25,021 nt of DNA from Patescibacteria group bacterium (GCA_038065575.1 JBBTQT010000136.1:1-25021); one strand, 5' to 3'; shown: positions 1-8,661, numbered from the stretch's first letter. The notes: generated from the sequence alone by a model not told the origin. A program made the numbers and translations.

Positions 1-175
1 CTTCCAGTCTTTCCGCCAATTTCATGACATTGTCCCCTTCCACCACCTCAAAAGTGACCGGCGCAAAAAGATTCGTTTCATCCTTGAAAATTTCCCGGTA
101 AACAAACCAAAATCCCACCACTAGACATAGGGCAATTGTTGGTAGGATAATTTTTAATAGAATATTTTTGGACAT
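1..175 (-). CDS. 5' end of a probable endolytic transglycosylase MltG (runs off the left edge)
   Basis: My translation from the ATG at 175: MSKNILLKIILPTIALCLVVGFWFVYREIFKDETNLFAPVTFEVVEGDNVMKLAERLE. An N-terminal TM helix followed by VTFEVxxGxxxxxLAxxL resembles the MltG/YceG N-terminus. Not in the ORF track because it is partial. Confidence 0.6.
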   Translation of the reverse strand, partial: MSKNILLKIILPTIALCLVVGFWFVYREIFKDETNLFAPVTFEVVEGDNVMKLAERLE

Positions 176-236
176 AAACTGGATACTAAATAATTATTTA
201 CACTCTCCAATTATCGGCACTGTCGCCAATGGCCAA

Positions 237-495
237 AATTGTCATTCCAGCGAAGGCGGGAATCCAGAATTTGACTCAAATAGACGACGAACTGGATTCC
301 TGCTTTCGCAGGAATGACAGAAAACCGTATCCGGCGACAATCCAGAATCAATTGTCATTCCAGCGAAGGCGGGAATCCAGAATTTGACTCAAATAGACGA
401 CGAACTGGATTCCTGCTTTCGCAGGAATGACAGAAAACCGTATCCGGCGACAATCCAGAATCAATTGTCATTCCAGCGAAGGCGGGAATCCAGAA
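237..495. repeat. 113-bp tandem repeat (2 full copies plus a partial third), each unit an inverted REP doublet (BIME/REPIN-like)
   Basis: GTCATTCCAGCGAAGGCGGGAATCCAG starts at 241, 354 and 467 (period 113). The inverted partner CTGGATTCCTGCTTTCGCAGGAATGAC lies at 292-318 and 405-431. Spacers are identical between units. Confidence 0.95.
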
Positions 496-515
496 ACACA
501 AATAAACAAATAAAA

Positions 516-809
516 TTACTTAAACAATTTGTTATACAAATCCTTCCAGTTACAATTATTCTCCTCTATAAGTTTTAATTTCCAATCACGTTTCCAAATT
601 TTCAATTGTTTTTCTCTTTTTATGGCATCTTCTATTCTACCAAATACTTCAAAATACACTAGCATGTGAACTTGATACTTTTTGGTAAAACCTTTTACTA
701 TATCCAATTTATGTTCTTCAACTCTTCTTTTTAAATCATTAGTAACTCCAATATACAATGTGCCATTTTTTTGACTAGCCATAATGTATATGTAGAAGTT
801 AGTATGCAT
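516..809 (-). CDS. Short stand-alone GIY-YIG nuclease family protein (97 aa)
   Basis: YIYIMASQKNGTLYIGVT (GIY-YIG motif pair), RRVEEHK and REKQLKIWKRDWKLKLIE. Start moved to the ATG at 809 because the longer ORF only translates the REP (VIPAKAGIQ). Confidence 0.9.
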   Translation of the reverse strand: MHTNFYIYIMASQKNGTLYIGVTNDLKRRVEEHKLDIVKGFTKKYQVHMLVYFEVFGRIEDAIKREKQLKIWKRDWKLKLIEENNCNWKDLYNKLFK

Positions 810-833
810 AGTTTTTTGTATGGTGTATGTTTT

Positions 834-860
834 CTGGATTCCTGCTTTCGCAGGAATGAC
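834..860 (-). repeat. CGTC-type REP palindrome upstream of the GIY-YIG gene
   Basis: CTGGATTCCTGCTTTCGCAGGAATGAC, identical to 292-318. On the minus strand it forms the perfect hairpin ATTCCTGC-GAAA-GCAGGAAT. Confidence 0.95.
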
Positions 861-888
861 AAACGAACATGCGGTACTTTGCAATTAT

Positions 889-1941
889 CTAGAGGTATTT
901 TTCCAACCCTTCTTCCTCTATTTTTTTCAAGATGTCTTTTATATTCGGCACTTTGTCTTTCGGGCAGACGAGGAGAGCGTCTTTGGTGTTCACCACCACC
1001 ATCCCCTCCGCTCCCACCACCGCGACTAACTTTTCTTCTTCGTTATTGTAAACAAACGAATCCCGTGATGAATCCAGAACGACCTTGCCTTTGGTAAAAT
1101 TATTTTCCGGATTAGGCGCCAAGGCCTCCTTCAAAGCGTAGAGCGTGCCCGGATCGCTCCAGCCCAAATCCACCTTCAACACCACCGCAGCCTCCGAACT
1201 GATTTTCTCCAAAATGGCGTTATCAAAAGAAATTTTTTCCAAATCCGGATACATTTTCTTGATTTTTTCCTCGTCGCCATTCATCTCATTCAGGGCGCGA
1301 TACATTTCCGGCTGATACTTTTCGTACAGCCCCAAAACAAAATCCAAATCAAAAATGAAATAACCGGGATTCCAAAGCCATTCGCCACTCTCAAACATTT
1401 TTTCGCATTCCGCTAATTCCGGACGGTATTTCCATCCCAAAAATTCGTGTTGTTGGCCGCTGATTTTTTCGCCAACCTTGATCCAACCCAAATTATGATT
1501 GGCGAATCTGGGTTTTTCTCCCAAAAATACCAGCCGTTCGGAATCCTCGGCAATCAATTCCTTACCTTTTTTGAGCGCGGCCACAAATTCCGCCGGATGA
1601 TCCATGAAATGATCCGCCCACAAGACCGCCACCGCGCCGGCGACACCCATTTTCTTTAATCTCGTCAAACTAAGTCCGACCGCGGCCGCCACATCGCGAC
1701 GCGCCGGCTCTCCGAGAATATGGTGAGCGGACAGTTCCGGTATCTGGGCGCGAACGAGAGAAATATATTCGTCATTGGTGGAAACGAACAAATTTTCCAT
1801 CCCAAATTCTCTTACTCTATCCACCGCCATTTGCAAAGTGGATTTATCATCCTTCAAAATTTCAAATTGTTTCGGAGAATTTCGGCGGCTCAAAGGCCAA
1901 AGCCTGGTCCCCGCTCCGCCAGCGAAAATTATGATATTCAT
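889..1941 (-). CDS. manC: Mannose-1-phosphate guanylyltransferase (ManC-like, no C-terminal cupin/PMI domain)
   Basis: IIFAGGAGTRLWPLSRRNSPKQF, EPARRD, WADH, WNPGYFIF, WSDPGT. Start set at MNIII (1941). Confidence 0.85.
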   Translation of the reverse strand: MNIIIFAGGAGTRLWPLSRRNSPKQFEILKDDKSTLQMAVDRVREFGMENLFVSTNDEYISLVRAQIPELSAHHILGEPARRDVAAAVGLSLTRLKKMGVAGAVAVLWADHFMDHPAEFVAALKKGKELIAEDSERLVFLGEKPRFANHNLGWIKVGEKISGQQHEFLGWKYRPELAECEKMFESGEWLWNPGYFIFDLDFVLGLYEKYQPEMYRALNEMNGDEEKIKKMYPDLEKISFDNAILEKISSEAAVVLKVDLGWSDPGTLYALKEALAPNPENNFTKGKVVLDSSRDSFVYNNEEEKLVAVVGAEGMVVVNTKDALLVCPKDKVPNIKDILKKIEEEGLEKYL

Positions 1942-1951
1942 AGTACAATAC

Positions 1952-2197
1952 AATTACGAATTAACCGCCTTCGTCCCGACTAAGTCGGGACTACGGACGG
2001 TCGAAGAAAATTATTTTATCCGCCATAGCTCAAAAGCGAAGGCGGACGAATTACGAATAATGAACATGTTGTATCACGTCATTGCGAGGAGCGAAGCGAC
2101 GTGGCAATCCCTTAGTTTATATCAAAGTACAAAGGGATTGCCACGTCGCTCACTGCGTTCGCTCCTCGCAATGACGTAAAATTTTTAATTCTTAATT
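1952..2197. repeat. Composite heptamer-armed element containing three nested palindromes
   Basis: AATTACGAATTAA at 1952-1964 and ACGAATTACGAAT at 2046-2058. Degenerate inverted arm GTAAAATTTTTAATTCTTAATT at 2176-2197. Hairpins at 1965-2000, 2020-2045 and 2076-2177. Confidence 0.75.
2076..2177. repeat. CGTC-type REP inverted doublet (GTCATTGCGAGG family)
   Basis: The 38-bp arm at 2076-2113 is matched by 2132-2177, perfectly except for an 8-nt insert (TCACTGCG). The spacer is 18 nt and AT-rich. Confidence 0.92.
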
Positions 2198-3294
2198 CCA
2201 TCGGTCTTTTTCCACTTCAAATACGCTTCCACAAACGGATCAAGCTCGCCATTCAATACCGCCTCGGTATCGGCCGTCTCGTAGCGCGTTCGCAAATCCT
2301 TGACCATGTGGTAGGGATGTAGCACATAAGATCTAATCTGACTGCCCCACTCCGGACTTTTGTATTCGCCACGCAATTTTTGGTGTTCTTCTTCTTCTTT
2401 TTCTTCCTGTAATTTTATCAGTTTTGAATGCAAAATTTTCAGGGCGGTTTCCTTGTTTTGCAATTGCGATCTTTCATTCTGACATTGCACGGTCGTGCCG
2501 GTCGGAAGGTGGACAATCCGCACCGCCGAATAAGTGGTATTGACGCTTTGGCCGCCCTTGCCGCCGGACATGAAAGTATCTATGCGCAAATCTTTGGGAT
2601 CAATTTCCACCATTTCGGCAGACTCAACCTCCGGTATCACCTCAATCAACGCGAACGAAGTATGACGCATTTTTTCGGCGTCAAAAGGAGAAATCCGCAC
2701 CAGCCGATGGGTGCCATGTTCACCCTGTAAATTGCCATACGCGTACCGTCCTTCAATCCGCAAAGTCGCGAGCTTGATGCCGGCCTCGGCTCCCTTAGCT
2801 TCATCCAATATCGTCACCATCCACTGTTTTTTTTCCGCGTAGCGCGTTATCATTCGCAACAGCATTTCCGCCCAATCTTGCGCCTCCGTGCCACCACTGC
2901 CGGAATGAATGGAAACAATGGCGTTTTTTTTGTCATTTTTTCCGTCAAAAAGCGCGAAAAATTCCAACTTGGCGAATTCACCATTCAATTCAGTGATTCT
3001 TTTGATTATTTCCTGTTTCAGGTCCGCGTCCGGTTGGCTGACCAATTCCGCGCAAAGACGAAGCAAATCCGCCACTTCTTGCTTCATTTTTGTCCAGGTT
3101 TCCGCTTCATCTTTCAATTCCTTGTACCGTTGCGCGGTCTTCTTGGCCTCTTCCTGATCCTCCCAAAAATCACCGGCCTGCATAAATTTCTCCAAACCAT
3201 GACTCTCGGCAATCATCTCATCAACCTTAAGCAAGCCCCAGGTAAAGGCGATTTTTTCTTGCAAAGATTCCAATTGGGCGATCTGATCATGCAT
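2185..3294 (-). CDS. prfB: Peptide chain release factor 2, single continuous ORF
   Basis: RISPFD (SPF specificity motif), GGKGGQSVN (GGQ) and WGSQIRSYVLHPY. Start set at MHDQIAQ (3294). Confidence 0.97.
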   Translation of the reverse strand: MHDQIAQLESLQEKIAFTWGLLKVDEMIAESHGLEKFMQAGDFWEDQEEAKKTAQRYKELKDEAETWTKMKQEVADLLRLCAELVSQPDADLKQEIIKRITELNGEFAKLEFFALFDGKNDKKNAIVSIHSGSGGTEAQDWAEMLLRMITRYAEKKQWMVTILDEAKGAEAGIKLATLRIEGRYAYGNLQGEHGTHRLVRISPFDAEKMRHTSFALIEVIPEVESAEMVEIDPKDLRIDTFMSGGKGGQSVNTTYSAVRIVHLPTGTTVQCQNERSQLQNKETALKILHSKLIKLQEEKEEEEHQKLRGEYKSPEWGSQIRSYVLHPYHMVKDLRTRYETADTEAVLNGELDPFVEAYLKWKKTDGIKN

Positions 3295-3348
3295 AATATG
3301 TTTTTCAATCTTATCCCAAATACCATAAAAAAACAAGCCTGCCGACCC

Positions 3349-3377
3349 TTGACTTTTTTCTATTTTTGAGGTAATTT
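3349..3377 (+). promoter_or_regulatory. Putative sigma70 promoter for the plus-strand gene
   Basis: TTGACT (3349-3354) - N17 - TAATTT (3372-3377). An AAGGAG SD-like site lies at 3409-3414. Confidence 0.5.
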
Positions 3378-3417
3378 TACTGACTGCCAGTAAAAACCCG
3401 TAAGGATTAAGGAGAGT

Positions 3418-3726
3418 ATGTCAACGATCATGGTTGTCGTAGAACATCGCCTTGATCCAAAAGAGGCGATCCGAAGAATCAAGGAGGCGTACATGGGCAA
3501 GAAGGCCAAGTACGCCAGCATCGCCACCGTTCAGACGGAGGAATGGGAGGATTTGGCCGGCGCGGTCACGGCCAGTGTGCTCGGAACAACCATCACCGGC
3601 ACAGTGCAGTGTCAAGAAGAGACGGTTACGGCCGTCTGTGAACTGCCTCTGCCCCTGAAGGTAATCTTCGGGCGTGATCTCCATGAAAAAATTGAGAACC
3701 GGCTCACAAGCCTGCTCTCAAAATAA
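3418..3726 (+). CDS. Polyhydroxyalkanoic-acid-system (PHA_gran_rgn-like) small protein
   Basis: 102 aa. The pattern HxLxxxEAxxRI...W...G...G...V...LP..L..F...IE..L resembles PF09650. Only plus-strand gene in the window. Confidence 0.65.
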   Translation: MSTIMVVVEHRLDPKEAIRRIKEAYMGKKAKYASIATVQTEEWEDLAGAVTASVLGTTITGTVQCQEETVTAVCELPLPLKVIFGRDLHEKIENRLTSLLSK

Positions 3727-3749
3727 AGTGGAGAAATTACTGGCAAAAG

Positions 3750-3778
3750 CTTGGGGTCGAGAAAATCTCGGCCCCAAG
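3750..3778 (+). terminator. GC-rich hairpin downstream of the PHA_gran_rgn-like gene (terminator or stability element)
   Basis: CTTGGGGTCGAG-AAAAT-CTCGGCCCCAAG, a 12-bp stem with one G-U pair. No U-tract follows. Confidence 0.45.
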
Positions 3779-3865
3779 TGAATGCCCCGCCGAAAAAATT
3801 ACAAATCATTCCCCGTGTACGAAAGATTTAAACTTTTATTTATCAAATGTCAATCATAATTCAAT

Positions 3866-3896
3866 AAAAAACGCTCGCTATTTCAGCGAGCGTTTT
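3866..3896 (-). terminator. Intrinsic terminator of groES-groEL
   Basis: Stem AAAACGCTCGCT / AGCGAGCGTTTT with a 5-nt loop. The minus-strand stem ends in a 6-T run. Confidence 0.85.
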
Positions 3897-3903
3897 CGTA
3901 CTT

Positions 3904-3932
3904 GTTCTATGTTCTATGCTCTATGTTCCATG
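3904..3932. repeat. Heptamer tandem array, second family (G-T/C-T-C-T/C-A-T x4)
   Basis: GTTCTAT GTTCTAT GCTCTAT GTTCCAT, immediately after the groEL stop. Confidence 0.85.
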
Positions 3933-3934
3933 CC

Positions 3935-5871
<1,937 letters not shown>

Positions 5872-5902
5872 ACCGATTGGAGTTAATAAATAAATTTAAG
5901 CT

Positions 5903-5929
5903 TTATCACTCTACCACCGAGAGTGATAA
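5903..5929. promoter_or_regulatory. CIRCE-like operator (HrcA site variant)
   Basis: TTATCACTC-N9-GAGTGATAA, against the canonical TTAGCACTC-N9-GAGTGCTAA, 31 nt upstream of groES. Confidence 0.85.
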
Positions 5930-5972
5930 TAGTCAAGACCCCATTTTAGCAGTAGTTTTCACTTTTTGTCAA
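5908..5972 (-). promoter_or_regulatory. Tandem sigma70-type promoters of groESL
   Basis: P1: TTGACA (5972-5967) - N18 - TAAAAT (5948-5943) with a TGn extension. P2: TTGACT (5936-5931) - N17 - TAGAGT (5913-5908) with TGn, overlapping the CIRCE. Confidence 0.65.
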
Positions 5973-6002
5973 GGCTCGTAAAAGACATTTTCCCCGCCAA
6001 AC

Positions 6003-6163
6003 AAAAAAGCCCAGAATAGGTAATGAGCTCGGTATGACGACCTTTACAAGCCAGCGATGCCTGTCAGCGGCGCTAACTTCCTGTGGCGTGCATTCCGTGC
6101 CTATTACCTATTATAGGCTCTTTATTTTCACCCCGCACTTATCAATAGATTATAAACACTAAT
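6003..6163 (-). ncRNA. Candidate structured small RNA, family unassigned
   Basis: Has its own consensus promoter and no ORF. Folds by eye into a rod-like hairpin (AATAGGTAAT 6015-6024 pairs with ATTACCTATT 6103-6112; AAGTTAGCG pairs with CGCTGGCTT) and ends in GGGCTTTTTT. Confidence 0.55.
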
Positions 6164-6169
6164 AAAGTT

Positions 6170-6198
6170 ATTATAGACTACTTGATCATCCCCGTCAA
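6170..6198 (-). promoter_or_regulatory. Near-consensus sigma70 promoter
   Basis: TTGACG (6198-6193) - N17 - TATAAT (6175-6170). Confidence 0.8.
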
Positions 6199-6241
6199 AT
6201 CAAAATTTAAGCTAAAATAAGCCAAAATCAATACCAGTGGA

Positions 6242-7573
6242 CTAACTGTGGACAGTTGGCCTGAAAATGATACCGAGATATGTCGCAAAGCTGAACATTT
6301 CGACCGGCAATGACCAAAAATAGTGATCAAACGATAATCCGAAAATAAGCGGAATGAGCAAAAACAACTCCAAATGCCAATTTTTCTTTGGTTTTATGAG
6401 GCGGAAATACCGTACAAATGAAGCCGACAACCCGAGGAAAATTATCACTCCGACCACCCCCATTTCGGCCGTAAACAACAGCGCCGTATTATGCGCCGGC
6501 TGATACTCCCAGCCCGGTCGGGAATTATCAAGGAGATACGCGGCGACGGTATAATTCCCGCTACCGACACCAAGCCAGGGATGGCGAGCGATAATTCGTC
6601 CTGCTTCGTCATATCCGGAAATTCGTTCTTGAACCGAGGTTATTTCCGAAGCGGAAATTCCCACCAGACGGGTTTTGACAAGAGGTGAGTAAATAATTCC
6701 GCCGATAAAAAAAATTAAAATCGGCAGTGATAAAAAAACAGCAAAGTTTTTTGACAAAGTTTTATTCCATAATCCCAAACCGCCGAACAGCGCGAACGCC
6801 GCCACGAGCATCCCCGCCGCGCTTCGGCTGAAAGAAAAAAATAAAGCGGCGGAAATAATGACAATGAACAAACTTAATATGATTTTTTTGCCTGATTTTT
6901 GAATCGGATTATCGGAAATGAAATAAAACACTGACATGAGTACCAGCGCGAGGTAACCGCCGAAAATATTGGGATGCGCGAATGATCCGTAAGCGCGCAG
7001 CCACCGGCCTGATCCCCCGACAATCGCCGTCCCCGCCTCGGACGGAAGATGCGCGGACAATCCGAGCCAAGGCGCCGGCCAGGTTGTTTGCGCGAGGAAT
7101 TGCGCGATACCCAAAATAGCCGGAATAACGCTCCCCAGCAGGAACCAAAAAATAATTTCTTTTTTAGTAGTCGGTCCGAGATAGATAACGAAAAAAAGCA
7201 AAATGGCTTCCAGTAGATGAATTGAGTGTTGAAAAGCGATTTCCCGAACCGGTGACCAAACGACGGACAGAAATGAATAGAGAATAAAAATCAAAACAAA
7301 CAGCGTGAACACCCGATCCGGCGTCCAAGAAAAAACAATTTTATTCTCTTTGACCGCCCGCGCCACTCGGCGCCCCGACCACCAAAAAAACAGCAAAAAA
7401 ACAATCCAGGCGACGGCCTCCGACAAAAAAAATTGGGTCGCGCCATACTGCCATTTATAACCGTTCAAATACCGTTCGCGAACAATCCAAACCGTTTGCC
7501 AAGGCAAGACAAATAGATACCCCCTTATAAGAACACGAAAAATCGTTTCCAGACTGATTTTTGAAATAAACAT
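6242..7573 (-). CDS. O-antigen ligase / Wzy_C family membrane protein
   Basis: Multi-pass membrane protein with RAYGSFAHPNIFGGYL, SFSRSA, GVGSGNY and PAHN motifs. Confidence 0.85.
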   Translation of the reverse strand: MFISKISLETIFRVLIRGYLFVLPWQTVWIVRERYLNGYKWQYGATQFFLSEAVAWIVFLLFFWWSGRRVARAVKENKIVFSWTPDRVFTLFVLIFILYSFLSVVWSPVREIAFQHSIHLLEAILLFFVIYLGPTTKKEIIFWFLLGSVIPAILGIAQFLAQTTWPAPWLGLSAHLPSEAGTAIVGGSGRWLRAYGSFAHPNIFGGYLALVLMSVFYFISDNPIQKSGKKIILSLFIVIISAALFFSFSRSAAGMLVAAFALFGGLGLWNKTLSKNFAVFLSLPILIFFIGGIIYSPLVKTRLVGISASEITSVQERISGYDEAGRIIARHPWLGVGSGNYTVAAYLLDNSRPGWEYQPAHNTALLFTAEMGVVGVIIFLGLSASFVRYFRLIKPKKNWHLELFLLIPLIFGLSFDHYFWSLPVEMFSFATYLGIIFRPTVHS

Positions 7574-7583
7574 GGCAGTGTAA

Positions 7584-7667
7584 GAATTACGAATTACGAA
7601 TTACGAATTTACGACTACGAAGTGCGTAAGGACACAATTCGTAATTCGTAATTTTTAATTCGTAATT
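7584..7667. repeat. Heptamer-armed inverted-repeat element (AATTACG family)
   Basis: Left arm (GAATTAC)x3 GAATT. Right arm GGACAC-AATTCGTAATTCGTAATTTTTAATTCGTAATT, which contains the stop codon of the upstream gene. Confidence 0.9.
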
Positions 7668-8593
7668 TTCTCGCGCCACCTCTCCCGATACTCCGCTCGC
7701 CGGTCGTTCTCGTGGAATTTCAGCATTTCATCATTCACGACGACGCCGATCCCGAGCGCGCGCCGTCGGTAATCATGATTTCCGGCTATTTTTTTCAACT
7801 GAATTTTTTTGCAAAAACCATTAAGGGCCTCGCCCGTTCGCCCGCTGAAAATTTTTTCAACCGCCGAGTGCGAAAAAAATTCCAATTTATTCAATTTGAC
7901 TTCTAAAATTGACGACAAACTGTAATTCGCGCGGTTATTTTTTACGAAATCGCGCGTCCAGGAATTTTCCGCCAAAACCCGGCAATAATACTCCGCCCCT
8001 CCATAAACCGGTAGGAGCATCAACAGCCAGTATATCAGGTAAACATCCGGAGGATCGAGAGAAACTCCGGACAAATTCAAACTGTTTTCCGTAACATAAA
8101 AACTCAAACAAACCCGATCGGCGATTTTGCGCCTTCCCCGGCGTAAGTTCGTGATACTCATGAGCAGGGTTACGAACATTCGAACGAGCCAGATTTTATC
8201 GTGAGCGGCCACGATAAACAAATCAATATCACTGTCCTTTTTCGGCCAGCCGGCCGCGAGCGTGTTGCAAACGAACACCGCTCGAACGAATGGCACACGG
8301 CTTATCATTTTGATGGCGCGACGGGCAATGCGCGTTTTATGCTCCACCAAAAGAACATTATTCAACCTGGTTTCAACAATTTTTTCCCGTCTCGGCAAAA
8401 AAAAGAAACCGTTTAGCCGACCAACCGATCCGGCCGTTATCGCGCGATCCAGAGCAAGCTGAAAATCAACGTGCGTGCCGCCAATCGGCCCGTCCCACAA
8501 GAAATGTTCCAGTTCGGACGCGGTGAGAGGATAATCAAAAATATCAAAATAAGCCAAAGTTTTTTTGATGCTGATGATAAAATCATCGATCAT
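7655..8593 (-). CDS. Nucleotidyltransferase-domain protein (CPR-type, N-terminal helical/wHTH region)
   Basis: KTLAYFDIFDYPLT at the N-terminus and the DSDIDLFIV Pol-beta-like NTase motif. Confidence 0.75.
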   Translation of the reverse strand: MIDDFIISIKKTLAYFDIFDYPLTASELEHFLWDGPIGGTHVDFQLALDRAITAGSVGRLNGFFFLPRREKIVETRLNNVLLVEHKTRIARRAIKMISRVPFVRAVFVCNTLAAGWPKKDSDIDLFIVAAHDKIWLVRMFVTLLMSITNLRRGRRKIADRVCLSFYVTENSLNLSGVSLDPPDVYLIYWLLMLLPVYGGAEYYCRVLAENSWTRDFVKNNRANYSLSSILEVKLNKLEFFSHSAVEKIFSGRTGEALNGFCKKIQLKKIAGNHDYRRRALGIGVVVNDEMLKFHENDRRAEYRERWREKITN

Positions 8594-8661
8594 ACTTCAA
8601 ATATTCATTCCCCGGCCACACCGTCATTATCGGCCAAAAATGCCCGTTCGGGGCATCTTTT

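Larger units (their letters stand above)
467..860 (-). mobile_element. Candidate REP-bounded GIY-YIG cassette
   Basis: A REP at 467-493 and an inverted REP at 834-860 enclose one AT-rich nuclease gene. Mobility is inferred, not shown. Confidence 0.5.

Noticed and set aside
187-200. Perfect 14-bp palindrome TAAATAATTATTTA upstream of mltG
   Set aside because: It is all A/T and a single instance, so plausible by chance.
237-495. CRISPR array
   Set aside because: Repeats alternate in orientation, spacers are identical between units and there are no cas genes. It is a REP doublet tandem.
384-578. 64-aa plus-strand ORF
   Set aside because: It is a translation of the REP array (LDSCFRRND) running antisense into the nuclease gene.
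810-884. N-terminal extension of the GIY-YIG ORF
   Set aside because: It translates the REP (VIPAKAGIQ). The family-typical start is the ATG at 809.
1058-1082. REP-like CTGGATTC inside manC
   Set aside because: Only about 8 nt match, there is no hairpin, and it encodes ordinary LDSS residues.
1775-2179. 134-aa plus-strand ORF
   Set aside because: It is antisense to manC and then translates repeats (VIARSEATWQS, RSLRSLLAMT).
6003-6130. Specific identification as SRP RNA, 6S RNA or a known riboswitch
   Set aside because: I found no CAGG-stem-GNRA-AGCA SRP motif, no clear 6S central bubble, and no TPP/SAM/purine/c-di-GMP cores by eye. Kept as unassigned.
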